A stretch of 64,000 nt of DNA, from the NCBI GenBank assembly GCA_017577575.2, contig PKRG02000006.1, positions 1,243 to 65,242 of the forward strand, in the 5' to 3' direction. The position numbers were made by a program, and so were the translations under genes. This DNA comes from Acidimicrobiia bacterium (GTDB taxonomy: Bacteria > Actinomycetota > Acidimicrobiia > Spongiisociales > ZC4RG35). The notes below the pieces were generated by a model. That model ran no database searches. It saw only the letters and a program-made list of their open reading frames with translations, and was not told the DNA's origin. Below are positions 45,942 to 58,496 of the stretch, piece by piece (the first letter of the stretch is position 1; the number at the start of each line of letters is the position of its first letter).

Positions 45942-48900
45942 TCAGGCCTTCTCGACCGCCACCACCAGGGCGGCGCCGTCGACCTCCACCGACTGGCCCT
46001 CGAGGCCGTCCGCCTGGACGAACTCCGTCGCCAGCGTCTCGCGGGCGATGTAGTCGCGGTGCCGCTCCACCGCCCGCCGGAGCCGCTCGTCGTCGGTCGT
46101 CCACCGCAGCCGGATCCGGTCGGCCACGTCCAGCCCGGCGCCGCGGCGCACCTGCTGGATCCGGTTGACGACGTCGCGGGCGAGGCCCTCGGCGATCAGG
46201 TCGTCGTCGAGGCGGGTGTCGAGGGCCACGGCCAGCTCGCCGTCGGTCTCGACCACCGTGCCCTCCCGGGGGGTGCGGGTCACCACGACGTCCTCGGCGG
46301 TGATCGGGAACCCCGCCACCTCCAGCGTCTCGCCGGCGAGCAGGCGGGCGATCTCCTCGTTGCCGAGGGCGGCGATGCCGGCGGCGCAGGCCTTCACGTC
46401 GGCGCCCAGCCGGGGGCCGAGGCGGCGGAAGTCCGCCTTGGCCGACAGGTCCGCCAGGCCGGCGTCGTCACGTGAGGTCTCCACCGCCCGGACGTTGAGC
46501 TCGTCGGCGATGAGGTCGGCGTGCTGACGCACCGCGGCGGCGGCCCTGTCGTCGTGGGTGATGACCGTGAGCCGAGAGAGCGGCTGGCGCACCCGCAGCG
46601 AATGCCGCTTGCGGAGGGCGTGCCCCGCCGACACCACGCGGCGGACGACGGCGATGGCCTCTTCGAGGTCCCGGTCGATCAGCGACTCGTCGGCGGTGGG
46701 GAAGTCGGCGAGATGCACCGAGTCGGGGCCGTCGGCGCCCGGCCTGACGACCAGGTCCTGGTAGAGGCGCTCGGTGATGAACGGCAGCACCGGCGCCAAA
46801 ACCCGGATGAACGTCGTGAGCACCTCGTAGAGGGTGGCGAACGCCGCCAGCTTGTCCTCGTCGTCTTCGCCTCGCGCCGTCCAGAAGCGGCGCCGGGAAC
46901 GGCGCACGTACCAGTTGGTGAGGTCGTCGATGAACCCGAGGACCGGGCCGATGACGTTGTAGAGGTAGTAGCCCTCCATCTGCTCGTTCACCGCCGCGAT
47001 CAGGCTCTGCAGCACCGACAGGATCCAGCGGTCGAGGAGCGGCCGGTCCTGTGGCGCGGGGGCTTTGGCCAGGTCCTCCAGCGTGAGGTCGTCGGCGACC
47101 GCGTACGTCGTGAAGAACGAATGCGTGTTCCACAGGGGAAGCAGCACCGTGCGGACGACGTGGCGGATCCCCTCGTTGGAGAACCGGATCGGCTCGGCCC
47201 GCAGCACCGGCGAGTTGAGGAGGTAGGCGCGGAGGGCGTCGGCGCCGAACTCGGCGAAGACCTGCTCGGGGTCGGGGTAGTTGCGCAGGCTCTTCGACAT
47301 CTTCCGGCCGTCCTCGGCCAGGATCAGGCCGGACACCACGCAGTTCTGGAAAGCGGGGCGGTCGAAGAGCGCCGTCGCCAGCACGTGCAGCGTGTAGAAC
47401 CAGCCCCGCGTCTGGTCGAGGCCCTCGGAGATGAACTGGGCGGGGAAGGTCGCCTCGAACCGCTCCTTGTTCTCGAACGGGTAGTGGATCTGCCCGTACG
47501 GCATCGAGCCCGACTCGAACCAGCAGTCGAGCACCTCGGGCACCCGCTTCATGGTCCCGTCGCACTCCGGGCAGGGGATCGTGATCTGGTCGACGACGTG
47601 CTTGTGGAGGTCGTCGGGCCGCACCCCCGAGAGCCGCTCCAGCTCGTCGATCGAGCCGACGCAGAGCTGATGCGAGCACGACTCGCACTCCCAGATCGGC
47701 AGGCACGAGCCCCAGTAGCGGTTGCGGCTGATCGCCCAGTCGCGGGCGTTCTCCAGCCAGTTGCCGAACCGTCCCTCGCCGACGTATTTCGGCACCCAGT
47801 GGATGCCCTTGTTCAGCTCGGCCAGCCGGTCGGACATGGACGACACGTCGACGAACCAGGTGGGGATCGCCTTGTAGATGAGGGGGGTGCCGGTGCGGTA
47901 ACAGAACGGGTACGAGTGGACGATCGTCGACGCCTTCACCAGCTTGCCGGACGCCTCCAGCAGCTCGATGAGCTTGGCGTCGGCCTCCTTGACGTTGACG
48001 CCGGCGACGTCGGGGACGGCGTCGGTGAAGTTGCCCTGGGCGTCGACCGGGTCGACGAGGACGTCCAGGCCCACCGCCTGGAACGCCTCGAAGTCGGCCT
48101 CACCGAAGGCGGGGGCCATGTGGACCAGGCCCGTCCCTTCTTCCGTCGTGACGTCGGCGGAGGGGATGACCCGGAAGGCGCCGGCTTCCCGCTTGTCGGC
48201 GAAGTAGTCGAACGGCGGCTCGTAGCCGACTCCGACGAGGTCCGCGCCGGAGCCGGTGGCCACGACCAGGGCCTCTTCGTCGAAGACGGTGGTGACCAGC
48301 GACTCGGCGACCCAGTAGTGCTCGCCGTCGACCGCCACGCGGGCGTAGGTGATGTCCTCGCCGACCGCCACCGCCAGGTTGGCGGGCAGCGTCCACGGCG
48401 TCGTCGTCCAGATCAGCAGGTAGTCGCCGGCTTCGACCGGGCCGTTGGGATCGGTGACGAGGAGCCGGACCGTGATCGACGGATCCTCGACGTCGCGGTA
48501 GTCGAGGTTCGCCTCGAAGTTGGCCAGCGGGGTGGTCGCCCCCCACGAGTAGGGGAGGACCTTGACCGACCGGTAGATGCGGCCCTGGTCCCACAGCTGC
48601 TTGAACACCCACCACACGCTCTCCATGAAGGTGAGGTCGAGGGTGCGGTAGTCGTTCTCCATGTCGACCCACCGGCCCAGCCGGCGGACGATGAACTCCC
48701 ACTCGTCGGCGGTCTCGTCGACGAGGGCCCGGCAGGCGGCGATGAATCGGTCGATGCCGTATTCCTCGATGTCGCGGGGCCCGGAGAGGCCGAGCTGCTT
48801 CTGCACCTCCATCTCCACCGGGAGCCCGTGGGTGTCCCATCCCCAGCGCCGCTCCACCCGGTAGCCGCGCATCGTCCAGTAGCGGGGGACGACGTCTTTG

Positions 48901-49103
48901 ACGACCGAGGCGAGGAGGTGGCCGTAGTGAGGGCTGCCGTTGGCGAACGGCGGGCCGTCGTAGAACACGTACTCCTTGTCGAGGGGTCGCTCGGCGACGC
49001 TGCGATGGAAGGCGTCGATACGGTCCCACAGGTCGAGCACCTCCATCTCGAGGGAGGGGAAGTCGACCTGGGCCGAGACCCGCTGGAAGTCTGATCGAGT
49101 CAC
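45942..49103 (-). CDS. ileS: Isoleucine--tRNA ligase (type 2, eukaryote-like)
   Basis: 1053 aa. PPFANGSPHYGHLL (HIGH motif), KMSKS, and a CP1 editing domain. The GTG at 49103 is abutted by GGGAG with no spacer. Confidence 0.95.
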   Translation of the reverse strand: MTRSDFQRVSAQVDFPSLEMEVLDLWDRIDAFHRSVAERPLDKEYVFYDGPPFANGSPHYGHLLASVVKDVVPRYWTMRGYRVERRWGWDTHGLPVEMEVQKQLGLSGPRDIEEYGIDRFIAACRALVDETADEWEFIVRRLGRWVDMENDYRTLDLTFMESVWWVFKQLWDQGRIYRSVKVLPYSWGATTPLANFEANLDYRDVEDPSITVRLLVTDPNGPVEAGDYLLIWTTTPWTLPANLAVAVGEDITYARVAVDGEHYWVAESLVTTVFDEEALVVATGSGADLVGVGYEPPFDYFADKREAGAFRVIPSADVTTEEGTGLVHMAPAFGEADFEAFQAVGLDVLVDPVDAQGNFTDAVPDVAGVNVKEADAKLIELLEASGKLVKASTIVHSYPFCYRTGTPLIYKAIPTWFVDVSSMSDRLAELNKGIHWVPKYVGEGRFGNWLENARDWAISRNRYWGSCLPIWECESCSHQLCVGSIDELERLSGVRPDDLHKHVVDQITIPCPECDGTMKRVPEVLDCWFESGSMPYGQIHYPFENKERFEATFPAQFISEGLDQTRGWFYTLHVLATALFDRPAFQNCVVSGLILAEDGRKMSKSLRNYPDPEQVFAEFGADALRAYLLNSPVLRAEPIRFSNEGIRHVVRTVLLPLWNTHSFFTTYAVADDLTLEDLAKAPAPQDRPLLDRWILSVLQSLIAAVNEQMEGYYLYNVIGPVLGFIDDLTNWYVRRSRRRFWTARGEDDEDKLAAFATLYEVLTTFIRVLAPVLPFITERLYQDLVVRPGADGPDSVHLADFPTADESLIDRDLEEAIAVVRRVVSAGHALRKRHSLRVRQPLSRLTVITHDDRAAAAVRQHADLIADELNVRAVETSRDDAGLADLSAKADFRRLGPRLGADVKACAAGIAALGNEEIARLLAGETLEVAGFPITAEDVVVTRTPREGTVVETDGELAVALDTRLDDDLIAEGLARDVVNRIQQVRRGAGLDVADRIRLRWTTDDERLRRAVERHRDYIARETLATEFVQADGLEGQSVEVDGAALVVAVEKA

Positions 49104-49226
49104 CTCCCGAATGGTACCGAGGTGGCCGTCGGGCGCTCACACCGAAAAAGCGGCCGCTCCGCCGTTCGGGAATGGTCCGGTGTCTATGGGCGTTTGCTAT
49201 CGTCCTCGCGCCCGAATGGAGGTTTG

Positions 49227-49598
49227 ATGGCCCGCAAGCTGGCCCAGTCGACACTCGAGAAGTATCGAACCCGGCTAGAAGAAGAACGCCAGCGTCTCAC
49301 CGAGTTGATCGATGAGGCGGCCCAGGCCCTGGAGCAGGCCCGCCAAACCGAAGCGTCGGCCGAGCGGAGCCCTGATCCCGGCAACGCCGAAGCCGGTTCG
49401 ATGAAATTCGAGTACGAGAAGGAGCTGTCGATGCAGCAAAACGCCATCGATCTGCTCCACAAAGTCGAGCACGCTCTCGAACGGATAGAGAGCGGGGAGT
49501 ACGGCGTGTGCGAGTCGTGCGGCCAGGACATCCCCACCGCCCGGCTCGACGTCCTTCCCTACGCCACGTTCTGTGTGAACTGCGCCTCGCGTCGATGA
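49227..49598 (+). CDS. DksA/TraR-family C4-type zinc-finger protein
   Basis: Coiled-coil N-terminus and C-terminal CESCGQDIPTARLDVLPYATFCVNC. GGAGG SD before ATG 49227. Confidence 0.85.
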   Translation: MARKLAQSTLEKYRTRLEEERQRLTELIDEAAQALEQARQTEASAERSPDPGNAEAGSMKFEYEKELSMQQNAIDLLHKVEHALERIESGEYGVCESCGQDIPTARLDVLPYATFCVNCASRR

Positions 49599-50083
49599 CC
49601 GAGGCGGGGGAGCGACGCCGGCTCTCCGTGAGAAACGGCTACACCACCGCCGTCGCCATTGCGGCGGCGGTGGTCGTCGTCGACGCACTCACAAAACGCT
49701 GGGCGTCCGCCACATTCACGGCCGAACCCACCAGCGTCATCGGCGATTTTCTGCAGTTCCGGTTCGTCGAGAACACCGGCGCGGCGTTCTCGATGTTCCA
49801 GGGCGCCGGGTCGTTTTTCGGGGTGGCGGCCATCGCCGCCATATGTCTCATTCTCTGGCTTCTGCGCAGGCCCCACGGGACCCTCGAGGTGGTCGGGATC
49901 GGGTTGGTGATGGGAGGAGCCGCCGGCAACCTCGTCGACCGGTTGGCCCGCGGCCCGGGGCTGTTCGACGGGCCGGTGATCGACTGGATCGACCTGTGGT
50001 TCATCCCCACCTTCAACGTCGCCGACGCATCTATAACGGTGGCGGTGGTGGTGCTGCTGATCGGCTCATGGGTGAACGACTGA
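49595..50083 (+). CDS. lspA: Lipoprotein signal peptidase II
   Basis: ATGA overlap with the previous stop. FVENTGAAFSM, GGAAGNLVDR, and IPTFNVADASI (catalytic Asp motifs). Confidence 0.9.
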   Translation: MTEAGERRRLSVRNGYTTAVAIAAAVVVVDALTKRWASATFTAEPTSVIGDFLQFRFVENTGAAFSMFQGAGSFFGVAAIAAICLILWLLRRPHGTLEVVGIGLVMGGAAGNLVDRLARGPGLFDGPVIDWIDLWFIPTFNVADASITVAVVVLLIGSWVND

Positions 50084-50976
50084 CCTTCACGATCCCCGAC
50101 TCCCTCGACGGGGAACGCCTCGACAAGGCCGTGTCGGTCCTCGGCGAGATGTCGCGGGCGGTGGCCCGGCAGATCATCGACGACAAGCAGGCGGTCCTGG
50201 ACGGCGAGACCCCTCCCGCCCGTCACCGGGTCAGCGCCGGCCAGGTCCTGTCGTTCCCGGCCCCGCCGGAGGCGGAAGGGATCCAACCCGAGGAGGTCGA
50301 CTTCGCCGTCGTCTACGAGGACGACGACGTGATCGTCGTCGACAAGCCCGCCGGCCTCGTCGTCCACCCCGGGGCGGGACACGACCGCGGGACGCTCGTC
50401 GCCGGCCTCCTGCAGCGACACCCCGAGATCGCAGACGTCGGCGTTCCGGCGCGGCCGGGCATCGTCCACCGCCTCGACCGCGACACGTCGGGGCTGCTGG
50501 TGGCCGCTCTCTCGGCGACCGGATACGAAGGCCTGCGCCGGCAGGTGTCCGAGCGGACGATGGAACGCGAGTACCTGGCGCTGGTCGACGGGCTCTTCGA
50601 GGTCCCCACCGGGACCATCGACGCCCCGATCGCCCGCGACCCCAACCGGCCCACACGCCGCCGCGTCGACCCGGCCGGGCGCCCCGCCCGCACCCACTAC
50701 CGGGTGGAGCGGGCGTTCCCGGAGTCGAGGATGTCGCTCCTCGCCGTCCGCCTGGAGACCGGCCGCACCCACCAGATCCGGGTCCACCTGGCGGCCATCG
50801 GCCATCCGCTGGCCGGTGACCGGACCTACCGGCCCGGGCCCGACCGGGTGAAGGTCCCCCGCCTGTTCCTCCACGCCACCCGCCTGGCCTTCTCCCATCC
50901 CCGGACGGGGGAGGAGATGGCGTTCGAGTCACCGCTCCCCGCCGACCTCGCCGCCGCCCTCGAGCGGATCCGCTGA
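50068..50976 (+). CDS. rluD: RluA-family 23S rRNA pseudouridine synthase (RluD-like)
   Basis: S4-like N-terminus (RLDKAVS), HRLDRDTSGLLV (catalytic Asp), and RTHQIRVHL. Overlaps lspA by 16 nt. Confidence 0.85.
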   Translation: MGERLTFTIPDSLDGERLDKAVSVLGEMSRAVARQIIDDKQAVLDGETPPARHRVSAGQVLSFPAPPEAEGIQPEEVDFAVVYEDDDVIVVDKPAGLVVHPGAGHDRGTLVAGLLQRHPEIADVGVPARPGIVHRLDRDTSGLLVAALSATGYEGLRRQVSERTMEREYLALVDGLFEVPTGTIDAPIARDPNRPTRRRVDPAGRPARTHYRVERAFPESRMSLLAVRLETGRTHQIRVHLAAIGHPLAGDRTYRPGPDRVKVPRLFLHATRLAFSHPRTGEEMAFESPLPADLAAALERIR

Positions 50977-51009
50977 CCCGCCTTCTCGTGGATCCGCACG
51001 GCCATTACC

Positions 51010-51852
51010 GTGCAGGGGGTGACCCCCGACTCGCCCGTCGAGCCCGCCACCCGGGTCTGCTACCGGCACCCGGAGCGGGAGACCCGTCTCTCGTGCTCCC
51101 GATGCGGTCGGCCGATCTGTGCATCGTGTTCGATCGACGCCGCCGTCGGCCAGCGCTGCCCCCAGTGCGTAGGTGAGCTGGGGCGCCAGGCCGAGATACC
51201 GGTGCCGCCTCCGCGCCCGCGGGCGCGGAGGGCCGGCCTCGGCCTCCCTCCGGTCACGCGGGGGATCCTCGTCGTCACCGTCCTCACGTACTTCCTGCAG
51301 GGGAGCGTGGGCGATCTCCTCGTCCATCACAGCGGCCTGGTCGCCCGCGGCGAGTTCTGGCGGATCTTCACCACCGCCCTCCTGCACGCCTCGTTCACCC
51401 ACATCGCCTTGAACATGTGGGCGCTGTACGTCCTCGGCCCGCAGGTGGAGAGAGGGGTGGGCTCGAAGGCGTTCCTCGCCCTCTACCTGGCCTCGGCGGG
51501 CATGGGGGGTGTCGCCGCCCAACTGCTCACACCCGGCGTTTTCACCGCGGTGGGGGCGTCCGGGGCGATATTCGGCCTGTTCGGCGTGTGGCTCAACCTG
51601 GCGGTGCGGCGCCGCAACACGGCGTGGGGGAGGTCGCTCCTCAGCCAGCTCGGCCTGATCCTGCTCGTCAACGCGGCGCTGCCGATCCTCTTCCCCCGCA
51701 TCTCCTGGCAGGCCCACCTCGGCGGGTTCATCGCCGGTTTCCTCATCGGAGAGCTGTGGTCCCGGGTGAAAGGCCCGCGAGCCGAGGCGGCCCGCGCTCT
51801 GATCGCGGCGGCGGTGGCGGTAGTCGCGGCGGCAATCGTCCTCGTCGTCTGA
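51010..51852 (+). CDS. Rhomboid-family intramembrane serine protease with N-terminal zinc-ribbon
   Basis: CYRHPERETRLSCSRCGRPICASC...CPQC, then 6 TM spans with HIALNM, GASGAIFGL (Ser) and HLGGFIAGF (His). Confidence 0.85.
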   Translation: MQGVTPDSPVEPATRVCYRHPERETRLSCSRCGRPICASCSIDAAVGQRCPQCVGELGRQAEIPVPPPRPRARRAGLGLPPVTRGILVVTVLTYFLQGSVGDLLVHHSGLVARGEFWRIFTTALLHASFTHIALNMWALYVLGPQVERGVGSKAFLALYLASAGMGGVAAQLLTPGVFTAVGASGAIFGLFGVWLNLAVRRRNTAWGRSLLSQLGLILLVNAALPILFPRISWQAHLGGFIAGFLIGELWSRVKGPRAEAARALIAAAVAVVAAAIVLVV

Positions 51853-51866
51853 GGCCTTCGGGGCCG

Positions 51867-52265
51867 TCACCGCTCCCGCGGGTCGTACGAGCCGAAGCTC
51901 CACACGAACCCGAACGGGTCCTTGGCCACGTAGGTGATGCCTCCGTAGTCCTGCTCGGCAGGCTCCATGACGATCTCCGCCCCGGCGGCCCGAGCCCGCT
52001 CGGCGTGGGCCAGCGGGTCCTCGACGACGACGTAGGTGCCCGACGTCGGGAGGGCACCCTCCTCGGGAGCACCGAACAGCCGCCCGTAGGCGTCGTCGGA
52101 GCTGGTGCCGATCATCACGAGCCCCTCCCCGAGGGCGAGCTCGGCGTAGGTGAGGCGCCCGTCGGTCTCGTAGACGGAGCGGGGCTCGAATCCGAATGCC
52201 TTCGTCAGGAACTCGACGGCGGCGCCGGCGTCTGCATAGCGAATCGTGGGTATGACGTTGCCCAA
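51867..52265 (-). CDS. VOC (glyoxalase/bleomycin-resistance) family protein
   Basis: 132 aa. The N-terminus VIPTIRYADAGAAVEFLTKAFGFE is typical of the VOC fold. TTG start with AAGGAG SD 6 nt upstream. Confidence 0.75.
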   Translation of the reverse strand: MGNVIPTIRYADAGAAVEFLTKAFGFEPRSVYETDGRLTYAELALGEGLVMIGTSSDDAYGRLFGAPEEGALPTSGTYVVVEDPLAHAERARAAGAEIVMEPAEQDYGGITYVAKDPFGFVWSFGSYDPRER

Positions 52266-52334
52266 GGGGGTCTCCTTCGGTCGGATGGCATCGAACCTAC
52301 GGGAGCCAGGGCGATCCGTCTTGGAAGAATGTGA

Positions 52335-53159
52335 TCAACCGGGCGCGAACGAGCCAGGGCTGCGCCCGGTGAACTCCCGGAAGTCGCAGTTCATGTGGGC
52401 TTGGTCGGAATAGCCGGCGGCCGCGGCGATCTCCGCCAACGGCCGTCCTGACCGTCTCACCATGTCGAGGGCGAGGCGGAAGCGCACCATGCGGGACAGG
52501 AGCTTGGGGGAGGCGCCCAGCTCCTCTCGCATGCGCCGGCCGAGATGGTGACGGCTCCAGCCGCATTCTCGGGCGAGATCCTCGACGGGCGACCGTCCCC
52601 GTCCCGCCACGATCGACTCCCAGGCCATCTCCACCTCGGGGCTCGGGCGGGGGGCGTCGTCGAACCACGCCAGCAGGACCTGCTCTGCCTGCTCCAGCCT
52701 CTCCTCCCACGAGGAGGCGTTGCCGACTCGCTCGACGAGCCGGCGGCCACGCCCGTCGAGCGTGGCATCGAGCGACTCGGCGCGCCCGGCGAGCTCGCCG
52801 ACGCCGCCGCCGAGGAGCCCGAACGCCCCCAACGGCGTCAGGTTGACCTGGATCCCACAGAACGCCGTCGCCTCCACCCGCACCACCCGGCGGTGGATCC
52901 CGGCCAGGAAGGAATCCACTACGGTCGGGCGGGCGCCGGGAGGCGAGATGGAATGGTGGCCTTCCAGGCTGACGACGAGGGGGAGCACGTGAGTGGCAGT
53001 AGCCCAGAACCCACCCGGAGACGGCACCCGCTGGGTGTAGCCGTGGTACGAGGCGACGTATCTAGCCAGCGCAGGGTGGAGGGGCCGAACGTGGCTCGTC
53101 CAGGATCCGTTGTCGTCGTCGGCGACCTCGCGGGCGGCCAGTTCGGGCACGCCTGCCAC
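52335..53159 (-). CDS. AraC-family transcriptional regulator
   Basis: The C-terminal HTH pair ends ...IAAAAGYSDQAHMNCDFREFTGRSPGSF. Confidence 0.8.
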   Translation of the reverse strand: MAGVPELAAREVADDDNGSWTSHVRPLHPALARYVASYHGYTQRVPSPGGFWATATHVLPLVVSLEGHHSISPPGARPTVVDSFLAGIHRRVVRVEATAFCGIQVNLTPLGAFGLLGGGVGELAGRAESLDATLDGRGRRLVERVGNASSWEERLEQAEQVLLAWFDDAPRPSPEVEMAWESIVAGRGRSPVEDLARECGWSRHHLGRRMREELGASPKLLSRMVRFRLALDMVRRSGRPLAEIAAAAGYSDQAHMNCDFREFTGRSPGSFAPG

Positions 53160-53230
53160 CCTACTCCCGGCAGGCGGGGGAGGTCGCGCTGGGGGTCGCC
53201 AACCGGCTCCGCCGCGCGACTACGATCCGA

Positions 53231-56737
<3,507 letters not shown>

Positions 56738-56774
56738 GCCGCTGACATCCCCAGCCGATCGCCGCGACCCCGCG

Positions 56775-56830
56775 AGTGACTAGTCCCTTCGGTAGATTTT
56801 TTCTTCAAGTTTCGTAGTCACTTCTACCGA
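56775..56830 (+). repeat. Two interleaved 8-bp inverted repeats in an AT-rich spacer (pseudoknot topology)
   Basis: AGTGACTA 56775-56782 pairs with TAGTCACT 56815-56822. TCGGTAGA 56789-56796 pairs with TCTACCGA 56823-56830. The order is 1-2-1'-2'. A T-rich 18-nt segment lies between them. Confidence 0.55.
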
Positions 56831-56840
56831 TAGGGGGTAG

Positions 56841-57476
56841 GTGCGGGGAGTGCGAATCGTTGCGGGCTTGGTCCTCACCTTCTTCTCGTTGGCCGCGCCG
56901 GCAGCCGGACTGGCGGTCTCCGACCACGTATCGGTCATGCGCTGGCCGGCGAACATCGAGGTCGTCGGCCTGTCCCACACCGACGCCGCCCAGGTCGAGG
57001 AGCTGTGGAGCGAGTTCGTCGCCGGCATCCCCGCCCACGCCTCCTGCCTGTTGGCGTCGCCGCCCCGGATCGTCGCCAAACCGGACATGGGCCCCCGGGC
57101 CGCCTACGCCCCCTCGTCGGCGACGCTGTACGTGAAGCCAGGAGACCTGCCCCGCCTGGTGGTGTTCCACGAGCTGGCCCACCACCTCGACTTCACCTGC
57201 GGAGCCTCCGAGGTCCTCGGCGAGGAGTTCCGCGCCGCCCAGGGCATCGCCGCCGCCAAGCCCTGGTGGAAGGACGGCGACCCGGTCACCTGGCCCGCCG
57301 AGTACTTCGCCAACGCTGTCGCCATGGCCCTCGGCGAGCAGAGCCGGCATCGGGTCACGCCCGAGGCCCTCGCCGTGGTCGAGGACTGGCTCGGACGTGG
57401 CGAAGCCGAGCCGCCCGCCCCGCTTCCGGTGTTCGTGGTGGGCCAGCACGCCCTGGCGATGCCGCTCGTCAGCTGA
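56841..57476 (+). CDS. Secreted hypothetical protein with HExxH zinc-metallopeptidase-like motif
   Basis: Signal-peptide-like N-terminus MRGVRIVAGLVLTFFSLAAPAAG. VVFHELAHHLD. GTG start. Confidence 0.55.
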   Translation: MRGVRIVAGLVLTFFSLAAPAAGLAVSDHVSVMRWPANIEVVGLSHTDAAQVEELWSEFVAGIPAHASCLLASPPRIVAKPDMGPRAAYAPSSATLYVKPGDLPRLVVFHELAHHLDFTCGASEVLGEEFRAAQGIAAAKPWWKDGDPVTWPAEYFANAVAMALGEQSRHRVTPEALAVVEDWLGRGEAEPPAPLPVFVVGQHALAMPLVS

Positions 57477-58496
57477 TCACCACAGCCGGGGGAGCCCGTC
57501 GGCGGATTCGATCAGCTCCGCCAGGGAATCCAGGTCCGTGGGCGGACGCCGCTGCCAGGGCACCGTGACGATCGCCACCCGGTAGCGCTCCCCGAGCTCC
57601 CGGCGCGCCGACCTCTGCTTCTGCGCCTCCACTCCCCAGCGGATCAGGTTGGTGGCGAGGGCGGCGTCGGTGCCGCGGGGAGGCTTGGCGTCGATCCACG
57701 ACTCCGGGAGGCTGCGGTTGAAGAACACCGCCGCCGGTCGGGACGCCACCTCGGGGAGGGCGTGGAAGAACCGCACCGCCTCCCGCATCGGCGCCGGATC
57801 CGACGTGGTCACCACGACGGTCGTGGCCCGCTTCATGTGACGTTCGATCTGGCGGCCCCGCTTCGCCACTCCGTCGTAGGTGGTGCGAAGGTCCATGAAG
57901 AACTCGGCGATCCGCTCCAGGAGATTGGACCCCAGGACCTGGTCGGCGAGGCGCAGCACCGGCTTGGCGGTCCGGTCGAAGAGGAACCGGCGGCCCGGGA
58001 GCCGGGCTCCGGTGAGCCACCGCAGCAGCCGGCCGCCCACCAGGTCGGCCATCTTGGCCGGGGCGGTGAAGAAGTCGATGCCGCCGGCGGCGGGCGGGGT
58101 GTCGATGACGACCAGGTCCCACGCCCGGGCGTCGATGTAGGTAGCGGCCTGCTCGGCGGCGGCGAACGACTGCGATGCCGGGAAGTGGGAGGTGGCGGCT
58201 TCGAAGAACTCGTTGCCGATCAGCCGCTCGGCCACCTCCGGGTCGGTGTGGCGCCGCACCACCTCCTGCCAGGAGGCGGTGGCGTCGAGCATCGCCACCC
58301 ACAGGCCTTCTTCCTCGGGGTGCGGCTCGGGCTCGTTGCCGATGGCGATGCCGAGCGCCGTGCTGAGCCGCTGCGCCGGGTCGACGGTGAGGACGAGGGT
58401 GCGCAGCCCCGAGCGGGCGGCGGTGACCGCCAGCGCCGCCGAGATCGTGGTCTTGCCGACGCCTCCGGCGCCGGTGACCACCAGCGCCCGGGTCAC
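57477..58496 (-). CDS. ArsA/GET3-like P-loop ATPase (second member of a pair)
   Basis: The GTG at 58496 overlaps the upstream stop (GTGA). VTRALVVTGAGGVGKTTISAALA and TVDPAQRL. The upstream part of track ORF 57477..58982 is rejected. Confidence 0.8.
   Translation of the reverse strand: MTRALVVTGAGGVGKTTISAALAVTAARSGLRTLVLTVDPAQRLSTALGIAIGNEPEPHPEEEGLWVAMLDATASWQEVVRRHTDPEVAERLIGNEFFEAATSHFPASQSFAAAEQAATYIDARAWDLVVIDTPPAAGGIDFFTAPAKMADLVGGRLLRWLTGARLPGRRFLFDRTAKPVLRLADQVLGSNLLERIAEFFMDLRTTYDGVAKRGRQIERHMKRATTVVVTTSDPAPMREAVRFFHALPEVASRPAAVFFNRSLPESWIDAKPPRGTDAALATNLIRWGVEAQKQRSARRELGERYRVAIVTVPWQRRPPTDLDSLAELIESADGLPRLW

Noticed and set aside
46521-49094. An 857-aa ORF antisense to ileS. Similar long antisense ORFs lie opposite dnaE (54875..56668, 53243..54154), the MATE gene (60717..62771) and FtsI (30733..32541).
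   Set aside because: No recognisable motifs and a biased V/G/D/E/R/H composition, typical of the antisense frame of high-G+C genes. The sense genes are unambiguous.
49104-49226. A canonical T-box riboswitch upstream of ileS.
   Set aside because: On the ileS (minus) strand, the GGTACC-containing segment reads CUCGGUACCAUU. It has CGGU where the tRNA-acceptor-binding UGGN is required. The better match (AAUGGUACCGAGG) is on the wrong strand and arises because GGTACC is palindromic. I could not identify a specifier loop with AUC. It is kept only as a hypothesis to test with a covariance model.
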